Part shown: piece after piece, positions 19,361-32,422 of the stretch
How positions within the stretch are numbered: position 1 is the stretch's first letter
Layout: each line of letters starts with the position of its first letter
From: Kofleriaceae bacterium
Lineage (GTDB): Bacteria > Myxococcota_A > Polyangia > Haliangiales > Haliangiaceae
Direction: 5' to 3'
Assembly: GCA_965215005.1 (NCBI GenBank)
Contig: CBDCCZ010000058.1
Location: 32,001-96,000 of the forward strand
Length of the DNA stretch: 64,000 nucleotides
The notes under the pieces: model-generated
Database searches by the model: none
What the model was told of the DNA's origin: nothing
The model's input: only the letters and a program-made list of their open reading frames with translations
Translations under genes and position numbers: made by a program

Positions 19361-20917
19361 TCAGCTCCGCAGGTAGGCGGCCGTCAGACGCTGGAGCTCC
19401 GCTGCCGAAAGCCCCCCAGCGGCTTCGATGGTCACCGAGGCTGCCTTGCCAGTGATGGCTTCGGTTGCCGAAACTTCGGCGATGCCATCGGCGTCCATGG
19501 TGAAGGCGACCTCAACCCGCACTTTGCCGGCTGGAGCGGCCGGCAGGTCACCGAGCACGCAGCGGCCGAGACGACGATTGTCGGATGCCCGCTCGGCCTC
19601 TCCTTGATAGATCTCGATCGCGACGAAGGTCTGATTATCTTCCGTCGTCGCGAAGACTTTCCGCTCTCGGGTTGGAATGGTGGTGTTGGCCGGGATTACA
19701 ACCGACATCTTGTCGCCCGCCACTCGCACGCCCAACGAGTGTGGCGTGACATCGAGCAAGATGATCTCTTGCAGCTCGCCGCCCATGATGCCGCTTTGCA
19801 CTGCGGCGCCCATTGCGACGATCTCATCCGGGTTTACGCCCTTGGACGGCGCCTTGCCGAAAATCTGCACTACCCGCTCCTGCACCGCCGGCATGCGAGT
19901 CATGCCGCCAACCAAGAGCACTTGATCGATGTCGGCGGCCGTGCAGCGAGCATCGCGCAACGCGCCATGACACGGCTCTTCTAGCGCTTGCAAGAGCGTT
20001 CTGCAGGTGCTTTCGAGCTCGCCACGCGTGAGCTCGCGCTGCAGATGCACCGGCCCCATCGCGCCGGCGGCGATGAACGGCAGGTTGATGTCAGTGGACA
20101 TCGCGGAGGACAGCTCGCTCTTGGCTCGCTCTGCTGCCTCTTTCAGCCGCTGCAGTGCCACCGGGTCGCCGCGCAGTTCGATGCCGTGGCTGGTCTCGAA
20201 CTCAGTCGCGAGCAGCTCGATGATGCGCTGGTCGAAATCATCTCCACCGAGATGCGTATCGCCATTGGTAGCAAGCACTTCACAGACGCCAGACTCGATG
20301 GCTAAGATCGAAATGTCGAAGGTGCCGCCCCCGAGATCAAACACGGCCAATCGTTGATCACTCTGATGATGTAGTCCGTACGCAAGTGCGGCCGCTGTCG
20401 GCTCGTTGAGAATTGCGCGGACCTCGAGCCCCGCAATCGCCCCGGCGTCTTTGGTTGCTTGGCGTTGAACGTCGTCGAAGTACGCTGGCACGGTGATCAC
20501 CGCTTCTTCGACGGGCTCGCCGAGATAGTCCTCAGCGACGCGTCGCATTTTGCCGAGCACCTGCGCAGACACCTCCTGTGGCGATACATGGCGCTCACCG
20601 ATCCGAATCCACGCGTCACCGTTGCTCGCCTCTACTAGTGGATAGGGAAGGTTCTGGGCGAGCCGCTGAACCTCTTTGCGGGCGAGCTTATTGCCGATGA
20701 GTCGCTTGGCGCCAAACACGGTGCGAGTCGGGTTTGTGACCATTTGCCGCTTCGATGGAGCGCCAACCACCACGTCACCCGTTTGGCTCCAGCTCACCAT
20801 AGAAGGGGTGGTGCGGCCGCCTTCTTGGTTATGAATGACGGCAGGCTCGCCGGCTTCTAGAACCGCCACGCACGAGTTGGTGGTACCGAGGTCGATGCCG
20901 ATGATGCGCCCTGCCAT
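19361..20917 (-). CDS. dnaK: Hsp70/DnaK paralog lacking most of the alpha-helical lid
   Basis: GIDLGTTNS, TVPAYF, DLGGGTFD, GGMTRMP, LLDVTPHSLG; ends at 518 aa just after the first lid helix. Confidence 0.9.
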   Translation of the reverse strand: MAGRIIGIDLGTTNSCVAVLEAGEPAVIHNQEGGRTTPSMVSWSQTGDVVVGAPSKRQMVTNPTRTVFGAKRLIGNKLARKEVQRLAQNLPYPLVEASNGDAWIRIGERHVSPQEVSAQVLGKMRRVAEDYLGEPVEEAVITVPAYFDDVQRQATKDAGAIAGLEVRAILNEPTAAALAYGLHHQSDQRLAVFDLGGGTFDISILAIESGVCEVLATNGDTHLGGDDFDQRIIELLATEFETSHGIELRGDPVALQRLKEAAERAKSELSSAMSTDINLPFIAAGAMGPVHLQRELTRGELESTCRTLLQALEEPCHGALRDARCTAADIDQVLLVGGMTRMPAVQERVVQIFGKAPSKGVNPDEIVAMGAAVQSGIMGGELQEIILLDVTPHSLGVRVAGDKMSVVIPANTTIPTRERKVFATTEDNQTFVAIEIYQGEAERASDNRRLGRCVLGDLPAAPAGKVRVEVAFTMDADGIAEVSATEAITGKAASVTIEAAGGLSAAELQRLTAAYLRS

Positions 20918-20925
20918 GTCGCCTG

Positions 20926-21645
20926 CTATTTCCCGAAGATCTTTGCAAGCAACCCGCGCTGGGGATCGCCGGCGGAGTCGAGTGCGCGCCGTGCGGCGGC
21001 AAACGCTGGGTCAATCGAAAGGGCGCGCCGCAGCTCAGCCCGCGCTTGGTCGGGGCGTCCAGCTTGCAGATGCTCTCTGCCCCAGGCGTAGTGGAGGTGC
21101 GCGCGCAGCTCGCGGTTCTTGGGATGAGCCACGGCGAGTCGATGCAGCTCCGCACGGGCCTCGCCCCAGCGCTCGCGCTCGCACAGCTCGAGCGCCTCGT
21201 CGAGACCGCTCTTCTCTGCCGCCACCGACTGCTGCGCGGCCTCGAGCACCGTCTGCGCGGTGCTGCGGGGACGGTGCGCGGGTGCTTGCTCGGCGCGAGC
21301 TCGGGCCTCTTCGACTGGCGCCTTCGGTGGCGTCGGCACGGCCGCTGGCGGCTCCGGGGGCCGTGCCGGACGCTCCTGATGCCGCGCTCGCTCCGACAGC
21401 TCGGAGTAGGCCTCTTTGATGAGCAGGAACACCTCGTTGGCGAGCCGCACGACATCCCGGCCACACCGAGCGTACCGCGCGGGATGATGAGACTTGGTGG
21501 CTCGCAAGAACGCGGCGCGAACGGCACCCCCATCAGCGCCGGGCGCGAGTCGCAAGGCCGCGTGGGGCTCACTACCACGAAGCCGCGCCAGCTCCGATTC
21601 CAGCGCCTGTCTGACCTGGTCGTCGGTCCGCTGCACCTCCACCAA
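20926..21645 (-). CDS. J-domain-like (HPA) plus TPR protein
   Basis: ALRLAPGAD...VRAAFLRATKSHHPARY...FLLIKEAYSEL; C-terminal TPR (ARAELRRALSIDP). Confidence 0.85.
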   Translation of the reverse strand: MVEVQRTDDQVRQALESELARLRGSEPHAALRLAPGADGGAVRAAFLRATKSHHPARYARCGRDVVRLANEVFLLIKEAYSELSERARHQERPARPPEPPAAVPTPPKAPVEEARARAEQAPAHRPRSTAQTVLEAAQQSVAAEKSGLDEALELCERERWGEARAELHRLAVAHPKNRELRAHLHYAWGREHLQAGRPDQARAELRRALSIDPAFAAARRALDSAGDPQRGLLAKIFGK

Positions 21646-21710
21646 ATGGTACTACGCTCGCCCCGTTAGCGGCAATCGGCGGCTCCTACGCCCGCGGCCT
21701 CGCCCAGAGC

Positions 21711-22223
21711 TCAGTTGTCGAAGACGGCGGTCCAGAAATTCTCGTGCATGGCAATGCCGATAGCGCGTTGAGAATCGTCGAGCATGATGTGGTTGTGGCC
21801 CGGACTATCGAGCCACGCGTCGACCGCGGCGCGGGCGCTGCGCTGGCCACAGGCCACGATCTCGCCGTTCCAGCCGCCACCACCGCAGGCGTTGACGCGC
21901 GCCCCCGGATCAGCTCCGTCGGGGCTATCGTGCGTGCACTCGCGGCGCTCGCCGATATCGGCGGAGTGAGAGTCGGCGGCGCAAAGTAGCGCCTCACGCA
22001 AAACCACCGCAGCGAGGCCGCGCGTCGCCCGCTCTTCATTGATGATGGTGAACAGCTCTTGGAGCTCGGGCGCGAGGGCCTCGTAGAGGTCACCGTTGCC
22101 GTCGGAGTCTGCGCTGGTGTCGCGCGGCACCTGGGGCGCCATATCTTGTGGGCCGTCGGGATCCGAGGTGCTCGTGCAACCCGCCAAGGCAACCGCGAAG
22201 GCCAGCAGCAAGACTTTGATCAT
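21711..22223 (-). CDS. CAP (SCP-like) domain lipoprotein
   Basis: Lipobox LAG-C; INEERATRGL...HS.D...GEIVA...WLDSPGHNHIML. Confidence 0.9.
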   Translation of the reverse strand: MIKVLLLAFAVALAGCTSTSDPDGPQDMAPQVPRDTSADSDGNGDLYEALAPELQELFTIINEERATRGLAAVVLREALLCAADSHSADIGERRECTHDSPDGADPGARVNACGGGGWNGEIVACGQRSARAAVDAWLDSPGHNHIMLDDSQRAIGIAMHENFWTAVFDN

Positions 22224-22421
22224 GAGGTGCGCAAATTCAATCGCCGTGCCTCATGCAACGCGCTGAAAGCTCACTAGTATAAGCCTCGTACCCCGGCGAG
22301 CTGGGGGCGGTGGACCTCGGTCTCACCGCGCCCGAGGTCCACCGCCCTCGCTGCAACGCGGACCCATCATGACCACTCCGTCGCCACGTCGGTGGCGGAC
22401 CACCCATTAGGAGGAACAACT

Positions 22422-23027
22422 ATGTCGCGACTCGTTTCTATATCCGCCATCGGTCTCATTTTCACCCTCTCCGGTGCGTGCAAAGGCAAGGACGCCGAAC
22501 CCGAGATCGCCGATGAGCCGGTCGTCGAACCAGTGGTCCCGGAAGCACCCGCAGAGGCACCGCCCCCGACCACTCCCATGACGGCCACCGCCAACCTCGA
22601 ATCGAAGTCGGGGTCAACGGTGACCGGCGTCGTGACTCTCACCGAGACCGACGGCACCGTCGCGATTCGTGGCTCGATTTCTGGCCTCGAGCCGGGCAAG
22701 CACGGCTTTCATATCCACGAAAATGGCGACTGCAGCGCGCCCGACGCCTCTAGCGCCGGCGGCCACTACAATCCTGAAGGCAAGACTCACGCGGGCCCCG
22801 ACGCCGACGCGCACCATGCCGGAGACCTCGGCAACATCGAAGCCAACGAGGCCGGGGTCGCCGAGCTCGACATCAAGGTAGACTTCATCAACCTCGGCTC
22901 AGGCGAGCACGACGTGGTGGGCAAAGCCGTCGTCGTTCACGCCGGTGCCGATGATCTGAAGACCGACCCAGCCGGGGACGCGGGCAACCGTGTCGCCTGT
23001 GGCGTTATCCAAGCGCAGGGTATGTAG
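22422..23027 (+). CDS. sodC: Cu/Zn superoxide dismutase lipoprotein
   Basis: HGFHIHENGDC...AGGHYNP...HAGDLGN...VVHAGADD...GDAGNRVACGVI. Confidence 0.95.
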   Translation: MSRLVSISAIGLIFTLSGACKGKDAEPEIADEPVVEPVVPEAPAEAPPPTTPMTATANLESKSGSTVTGVVTLTETDGTVAIRGSISGLEPGKHGFHIHENGDCSAPDASSAGGHYNPEGKTHAGPDADAHHAGDLGNIEANEAGVAELDIKVDFINLGSGEHDVVGKAVVVHAGADDLKTDPAGDAGNRVACGVIQAQGM

Positions 23028-23434
23028 GTAACCGCGAGTCGCGGCGCGCGGCGGGTCTTCCGCCGTTGACGCAGCGCGCGGACTTCGCCGCGCCGGGTCG
23101 TGCGGCGTCGTTAGGCGCGCGGGACTTGCGCCATCTTCAGGGCTGGCGTCGCGTGCCTCCGTCGGCGCGGCGCCGCCCTTCCTCGAAGTGCGTTGGCAAG
23201 GCGGGCTCGGAACGTTGTCGCACGCACAATCCGATCCCTCCTTGCACCGCAGCCGCCGTCTTTGACCAACGTTTGCCGTCTGTGATGGCCGCCTGCTGCC
23301 TTACATCTTCTAACTGAACTGCCCACTTTCCCCCAATGTCGGTCCGGAGCTATAGGATGCGCCGTCGACCTCGATCCGCGTTCGGTGGTGCTGCCGGGTT
23401 GGCTTCGCTCCCCACCGTTGCAAGGAGGAAAGTT

Positions 23435-26533
<3,099 letters not shown>

Positions 26534-26603
26534 CTACCAACGCTAAGGCCGTCGCGGGAGCGGAACGCGATTTCCGCTCTCGCGAGTGTCCAGTGAGGAA
26601 CAC

Positions 26604-26677
26604 GATCCCATAGCTCAGCTGGATAGAGCGACGGTTTCCTAAACCGTAGGTCGCAGGTTCGAGCCCTGCTGGGATCA
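26604..26677 (+). tRNA. tRNA-Arg (CCT)
   Basis: GATCCCA acceptor stem, TAGCTCAGCTGGATAGAGC D arm, ACGGT-TTCCTAA-ACCGT anticodon arm, GGTTCGAGCC T arm; CCA not encoded. Confidence 0.97.
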
Positions 26678-26933
26678 CTACCCGGCACCGCAGCGGAGCC
26701 TTCTACTCTCGTAGAGGGCCTGCTGCGGCTTCGTACCCGCACCTTGCTTTCTGGCCAGAGCGTCAAGATCGAGCACTCGTGAGACAGAACGCAAGCCGTA
26801 GTCGCGAACTTGAAAAATCCCGCTGGTCGCTCTCATGCCGCCAGCGCTATAGTCCCGGCGCTTGGGACCGGGTCGCGCTGCCGAAGTACGAGTCTCCAGC
26901 TAAACTAGTACGCCTAGAACACGGGGAAAATGT

Positions 26934-27950
26934 ATGATCCTTAACACCAAATCCATATTCGCCCTGCTTGGGGCGACCTCGCTTGCAGCCTGCAGCAATA
27001 CCGCGCCGGAGGTCAGCGCGGGGGAAGACGCTCCTGCCGTCGTCGGCGAGGAGTTTGTTCTCCAGCCAGTCCGCGTCGACGAGGACAGTGACTTCCTCGA
27101 CGACTACCAGTGGGAGCTCGTCTCCCGTCCTGACTCGAGCGAAGCGGTGCTTGAAGACACGATGACTCCCAACCCCTACTTTACGCCGGACGTGGTGGGG
27201 GAGTACGTCGTTGAGGTAAGCGCCAGCGACGGCGACTCCCGCTCGGCGCCGGATCGGGTCACGATCACGGCACGCATCGGTCCCGAAGCCGTGATCACCG
27301 GCATGCCCGAAGCGATGATGGGGAATGCCGGCGGCGTGCTGCCCGGAACCACCGTCACCCTGGACGCTGGCGCCAGCACCGTGACCACTGATCAGATGCT
27401 CACCCTTGAGTGGGCCATCGTTGCGCAGCCGGTGGATGATGAAGATACGCCCGAAGACGAAGGAAGCAAGATCGAGCTTAGCGACGCCGACAAGGCGATG
27501 GAGATGCTCTCGTTCACGTTGATGAAGAAGGGTGTCTACACCTTCCAGCTCACCGTGTCGGATGCTGATTTCTCGAGCACGACCACCTATACCGTGGCGG
27601 TGCGCGAGCCGCCGGAGGCCACCTTCACTGTGCTAGCGCCGACCAACCCGTCGGTGGACGCCGCGTTCACCTTCGATGCGTCGGAGAGCGAATTCGGTCC
27701 TGGTAGCAGCAAGATGTACGAGTGGACCGTGACGCGGGCGCCGGCTGGCAGTGCCGCCATGGTTGAGGGCGAGGCTGCTCAGGTAACGTTCACGCCGGAC
27801 GTGACGGGTGAGTACGACATCACCCTCGTCGTCTCTGACGGCACCTTCAGCAGTGATCCGGTGACCGCAACGATCATTGCGTCGGACGACACCCCAACGC
27901 CGGACCCCATGCCCCCGATTCCGGACCCCATGCCCGTTCCGATGCCGTAA
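26934..27950 (+). CDS. PKD/Ig-like repeat lipoprotein
   Basis: Lipobox LAA-C; three repeats with W....P...FTPDV.GEY...L.VSDG; PDPM tail. Confidence 0.85.
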   Translation: MILNTKSIFALLGATSLAACSNTAPEVSAGEDAPAVVGEEFVLQPVRVDEDSDFLDDYQWELVSRPDSSEAVLEDTMTPNPYFTPDVVGEYVVEVSASDGDSRSAPDRVTITARIGPEAVITGMPEAMMGNAGGVLPGTTVTLDAGASTVTTDQMLTLEWAIVAQPVDDEDTPEDEGSKIELSDADKAMEMLSFTLMKKGVYTFQLTVSDADFSSTTTYTVAVREPPEATFTVLAPTNPSVDAAFTFDASESEFGPGSSKMYEWTVTRAPAGSAAMVEGEAAQVTFTPDVTGEYDITLVVSDGTFSSDPVTATIIASDDTPTPDPMPPIPDPMPVPMP

Positions 27951-28014
27951 CACCATCTCGAGGGCGAGCCATACACTTCGCTCGCCTCCTCCCGCATTGT
28001 CCTTCCGTTCCATG

Positions 28015-28053
28015 ATCCCCGTCGAGCCCTCGCTCGGCGGGGATTTGCTATTT
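28015..28053 (+). terminator. Candidate intrinsic terminator
   Basis: ATCCCCGTCGAGC-CCTC-GCTCGGCGGGGAT hairpin followed by TTGCTATTT, between convergent genes. Confidence 0.6.
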
Positions 28054-28129
28054 CAGCCATCGTGTATCAGGGAGGAGTCGTGTTGAGCGGCGGCGATCGT
28101 GCCCCCTTCGCGACTTCGCGACCTGAGGG

Positions 28130-30193
28130 CTAGGTTTCTCCTTGGAGCACTCGATCGGCGGCGATGAGGGCTTCTTGGCTGCCGGTGATGGAGACGATGT
28201 CGCCGGCGACGAGGCGTTCATCACCGGTGGGTAAGACCACGTCTGCGTGGGGACGCTTGATCGCGAGGATGATTGCGCCAGTCGCGCCGCGGAGGTTCAG
28301 CTCGGCAAGGGTTTTGCCGACGACGGGGCTCTCGTGGCCGATCCGTCGGGGCTCGAGGCTGCCCAGTCCGGGTAAGAGCTCGGTGAGATCGATCGCCTTC
28401 GCTTGCGGGGCTGTGGGCGCGGCATGGTGCCGTTGACGATCCAGCGCTTCGAGCACCACTTGGGCGCTGGCTCGAACATGTTCTTCGAGGTTGGTGGTGC
28501 TCTTCCAGAACGCGATGCCCAGCCCGACGACAATCGCGGCCAGTGAGGTCGCGCCCACGTAAAGAGGCAAAAAGGGCGCGCTGAGCGCCACGAGCGGAAA
28601 GGCGGTGAGCAGGACCAGCGCGAGCTGCAGCGCGAGGACAAAGGCGCGTCGCGGCGCTGCTCCCAAGTCCACGCCGCCTCCGCGCATGGGCAACGAGGTT
28701 TTCGCCAGCTCCTTGCCGAGTGCGCGGGCCACGCGCACCACGCCTATCGCGAATGGGGCGATGAGGACGATCGCTGCGCCGATGACGCTCCATGCGGCGA
28801 TGTCGGGCGGCAGCGACAGCCACGCGCGCAGCTCGGCGGCGAGCCAATCCCGGCCCACTGCCGCGGCTACGACGAGGGCAATGAGTAGCGAGGCGTCGGC
28901 CGCGTACAGCAGCCATAAGCGGTGCGCGCGACTTCGCGTTCGCGGCTCTCGCCGAGTGAGGGACTCGAACCATGCGCCATAAAGTGCCGAGAAGGTCTGT
29001 ACGCTTGGGGGCAATCGCGCGTCCACCGCGACTGCCGCGGCGTCGGATGCGCGAACCAAGAGCGGCGTTAGAAAGGTGGTCACCACGGCTACGCCGACCG
29101 CGACCGCGAGCAAATCCGCTGGTACGACGCCGGCCACGGTGCCGATGCCTACGAGGATGAACGAGAACTCGCCGATCTGCGCAAGGCTCAAGCCAGTACG
29201 AATTGCCAATCGAACGCTCTTCCCCGCCAGGAACGTCCCAAGAGAGATGAACAGCGTCTGGCCTACGATGACCACCATCACTAGCGTCGTGACCAGCAGC
29301 CATTCGCGCCCAAAGACGCGGGGATCGACCAACATCCCGACGGAAACGAAGAACACGGCCGCGAAGACATCACGCAGTGGGGCGACGGAGTGCGCGACGT
29401 CGCTACGACGTCCCGACTCGCCCACGAGCACTCCGGCTACGAAGGCTCCAAGGGCCACAGAATAGCCAAAGTGCTCGGCTAGCAGCGCCAGGCCGAAGCA
29501 CACACCGACCGAGGCGATGAGTAGCACCTCGGCGGCGGAACGCCGATGCGCCTCTCGCACCAGCCTGGGAACGAGCAGGATGCCAACGACAATCATGGCG
29601 GCGACGAACACTCCCAATCTGCCTACCGTGGTGATCAACTCGTAGGCAGGAAGCCCTGCGCCACTCGCGAGAGCCGTGAACATCGTGATGAGCACGATGG
29701 CTGCGAGGTCCTGAATCACCAAGATGCCGAACACTGAGCCTGCAAGCTCCTCGTCGACACCCTGATCGGCGAAGACCCGCGCAACAATCATCGTGGAGGA
29801 GATGCAGATCATCCCTCCTACGAACAGGTTTGCTGGCCACGCCATCCCAAACAACGTCCCTACTAGGTAGCCAAGCCACAACATGGCCGAAATCTGCACC
29901 AGCCCCGCAAGACCAGCCGTCGGCAGCAGCCGCACGAGACGTTGCAGGCTGAATTCCAGCCCAAGCGAGAACATCACCAGAATCACGCCCAGCTCCGAGA
30001 GAGTCTGAATGCGGCCGAGGTCGACGAAGAGCGGCAACGGAACGTGAGGGCCCACAATTACGCCGGCGACCAAGTAGGCGAGCACCACCGGCTGCCGCAG
30101 GCGTTGAAACAGCAGCGCAGCGAGCGTTGCTACGCAAAACACCAGCGCTAGATCTTGTAAGAACGTTCGACTCTCGTGCATCGGCGTTCCCAT
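28130..30193 (-). CDS. CPA2-family cation:proton antiporter with C-terminal TrkA-C/RCK-C domain
   Basis: ELGVILVMFSLGLEFS, SSTMIV, GILVIQD, FFVSVGM, QIGEFSF; VGKTLAELNLRGATGAIILAIKR. Confidence 0.92.
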   Translation of the reverse strand: MGTPMHESRTFLQDLALVFCVATLAALLFQRLRQPVVLAYLVAGVIVGPHVPLPLFVDLGRIQTLSELGVILVMFSLGLEFSLQRLVRLLPTAGLAGLVQISAMLWLGYLVGTLFGMAWPANLFVGGMICISSTMIVARVFADQGVDEELAGSVFGILVIQDLAAIVLITMFTALASGAGLPAYELITTVGRLGVFVAAMIVVGILLVPRLVREAHRRSAAEVLLIASVGVCFGLALLAEHFGYSVALGAFVAGVLVGESGRRSDVAHSVAPLRDVFAAVFFVSVGMLVDPRVFGREWLLVTTLVMVVIVGQTLFISLGTFLAGKSVRLAIRTGLSLAQIGEFSFILVGIGTVAGVVPADLLAVAVGVAVVTTFLTPLLVRASDAAAVAVDARLPPSVQTFSALYGAWFESLTRREPRTRSRAHRLWLLYAADASLLIALVVAAAVGRDWLAAELRAWLSLPPDIAAWSVIGAAIVLIAPFAIGVVRVARALGKELAKTSLPMRGGGVDLGAAPRRAFVLALQLALVLLTAFPLVALSAPFLPLYVGATSLAAIVVGLGIAFWKSTTNLEEHVRASAQVVLEALDRQRHHAAPTAPQAKAIDLTELLPGLGSLEPRRIGHESPVVGKTLAELNLRGATGAIILAIKRPHADVVLPTGDERLVAGDIVSITGSQEALIAADRVLQGET

Positions 30194-30491
30194 CTCCGCG
30201 TGGACGTCGCACCCGAATTAGCGCAGTTGCCGGGATCACCTGCAAGCTACATTCGCCCCGACGGAAATCTGACCTGCCCTTGACCGCGCAGAAGTCACGG
30301 CGAGCGCCACCGCACGCGGGTAAGACGGAGTGCTGGAGTAGCGATGGCAGCCCACGCTCGACAGACCAGGCGTCGCTTCGTCGAGCGTGCGAAGGAACGA
30401 CAGGAACTCGGTGCACGAGCTGAGATAGGAGGACCGCGCCAAGTGGCGCTCGAGTGCGCGTTGGACTGGCGGAGGCAGGTACGGGGGTTTC

Positions 30492-30760
30492 TGAAACCGT
30501 CCCACTTTGGTGAATACCTTGAGGGGCTACTGCCCAGGAGAAACCACCAATGTCGAAGCGTGACGTACACGGAGGAGCTCGAGAAAGGCGCGGTCCGCCC
30601 GTGGCTGCCACCAGGCACACGTGCCAGCACTGAGGTCGCGGCCTCGGCCGGGCCGAGTCCGAGCATCCTGCTCCGTTGACAGAAGCGATACGACAGCGAG
30701 TTCGGCGGCGGAGCAACTTCGCAGGACGAGCTCGAGAAGACGGAAACGATGCTTGCGTGC
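30492..30760 (+). mobile_element. Decayed IS3-family insertion sequence remnant (left IR plus broken orfA)
   Basis: TG-initiated IR-like TGAAACCGTCCCACTTTGGTGAATACC, AGGAG RBS, ATG 30550. Reads MSKR/TYTEELEKGAVR...STEVAASAGPSPSILLR*QKRY, resembling IS3 OrfA HTH with a frameshift and TGA at the conserved Trp position. Confidence 0.65.
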
Positions 30761-31205
30761 CGGGAACGCAGTCGAATCCGCTTTCTGTATCTGGTCAACT
30801 CCATCGGAGGCATAGTCACTCGTCTCCGCCTGCAGGTGGCTGCATGCCCTGGCTGTGGTCTATACGTTGCTCGTCGGCTGCATCGCCGCGGGAGTCGCGC
30901 GCAGGCTCGGAACTGCCCGTGTGCACCATTCACTCGAGGGTGGCGCGGTGTTTCCTGGCGTCGCCTTGGCAGCGTCCGCCACGAGCGGCGACGTTTTGAA
31001 GCAGTCCGCGAGTTGCGAGGGGGGGCGGTGTCGCGGAGGCATACGCGCGAGCGAGAATCGCCACTGCGCGAGGGCGCGGCTTACGGAAGACGCGACTGGT
31101 GCGCGCTCACGGCCGAAACGAGCGATTTTGATTGTGGGCTGCCCCGCTGCGAGATTTGCCAGTGTGCGAGCTGTCGCGCGAGGCGGGCTCTAGTATCGTT
31201 TGAGC

Positions 31206-31634
31206 ATGTTGCTGCGCTTATACGTGGGAACCTTGCTGGCGCTCTCGGTCGGTTGCTCGGGCGCATCGGCGCCGACCGCCGGCGCATCGGAGGTCGCTCC
31301 GGCGCCGCAGGTCTCGCCCGAGGAAGCGCAGCGGCAAGAAGCGCTGCGGGCGCTGCGCTCGCGGCAGGACGAGGCGTGCGAAAGGCTTGGACCTGTGCTG
31401 ACCCGGTGCGCGGTCGAAGATGCCGAGCGGACCATGTCGGCCGAGGAGCTCGCGGAGCTCGACCTTGCCAACACCGCGCCGCGTCACCAGTCACAGCTCG
31501 TCAGCGAGTGTAGACGTAGTGAGCTTTCGGAGCGTCAGGTCGAGGTATACGAGAGCTGCCTCGCCGGCGACACGAGCTGCGAGGTGTTTGTTCCGTGTCT
31601 CGATGCGGCTGCGCCACAGGCGCCGTCCCCCTGA
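31206..31634 (+). CDS. Cys-containing hypothetical lipoprotein
   Basis: Lipobox SVG-C; six further Cys (myxobacterial-type small lipoprotein). Confidence 0.75.
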   Translation: MLLRLYVGTLLALSVGCSGASAPTAGASEVAPAPQVSPEEAQRQEALRALRSRQDEACERLGPVLTRCAVEDAERTMSAEELAELDLANTAPRHQSQLVSECRRSELSERQVEVYESCLAGDTSCEVFVPCLDAAAPQAPSP

Positions 31635-31721
31635 CAGCAGCCAATTTCTCGTGCGCCTTGCGCCGCTCGGGTAACGAAAGCGAGGAACGCGCAGCCAGAA
31701 GCCTGCGGCGCACGGCGCGAA

Positions 31722-32240
31722 TCAGTAGCGCAGCAGCGCCTGGTATGGACAGGACAGCTTGCCGGCTCCTTCTAAGAAGGAGAGCTCGATGAGGAAGGCG
31801 CAGCACGCGACGATGCCGTCGCAGGTTTCGATGAGACGGCAGGTAGCCGCTGCGGTGCCACCGGTTGCGATGACGTCATCGATCACTGCGTAACGCTGGC
31901 GCGGGAGGATTGAGTCGGCGTGAAGTTCGACGCGGTCGATGCCGTACTCGAGCTGATAGTCAACTCCAACGGTCTTCGACGGCAGCTTGCCCGGCTTGCG
32001 CACGAGCACGAGCGGCAGATGCAGGGCCTTTGCCAGCGGCGCGGCGAACAAGAAGCCTCGCGACTCGATCGCCACCAGTCCTTGCACGCGATGCTCTGCC
32101 AGCCCTTCGGCGAGAAGATCGATGGCGGCGGCGAAGGCCGCGGCATCCACCAATAGCGGCGTGATGTCTTTGAAGACGATCCCAGGCTTGGGAAAATCGG
32201 GTACGTCGCGAATATGGGCACGAAGCTGGTCGGGCGTCAT
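31722..32240 (-). CDS. apt: Adenine phosphoribosyltransferase
   Basis: IRDVPDFPKPGIVFKDITPLL, ESRGF, RKPGKLP, IDDVIATGGT. Confidence 0.97.
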   Translation of the reverse strand: MTPDQLRAHIRDVPDFPKPGIVFKDITPLLVDAAAFAAAIDLLAEGLAEHRVQGLVAIESRGFLFAAPLAKALHLPLVLVRKPGKLPSKTVGVDYQLEYGIDRVELHADSILPRQRYAVIDDVIATGGTAAATCRLIETCDGIVACCAFLIELSFLEGAGKLSCPYQALLRY

Positions 32241-32422
32241 CAGCGCCGGATGCTAGCGCGAATGGCGGCGACTGACGCGACGCCGCGTGTCGGGATGCGG
32301 TCGTCGGGCGCCCGATGCGGGCGCGGGTCGCGACCTGCTGCTCGAGCCTCGCTGTCGGCATCTCCCCCTGCTTTCCTAACGGTTCGCGAGGTACGCCGCT
32401 CGCAGGGTGGCGCGCGCTCGGC

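Noticed and set aside
22309..22343. Inverted repeat GGTGGACCTCGG...CCGAGGTCCACC between the CAP gene and sodC
   Set aside because: Single GC-rich hairpin with no second copy seen and no supportable function
23028..23434. Riboswitch (cobalamin/TPP) upstream of the TonB receptor
   Set aside because: No recognisable B12-box or TPP core motifs by eye; an Rfam scan would be needed to exclude it fully
30344..31513. In-frame TGA at 30677 as selenocysteine or read-through joining two ORFs
   Set aside because: Better explained as a mutated Trp codon in a decayed IS3 orfA; no selenoprotein context
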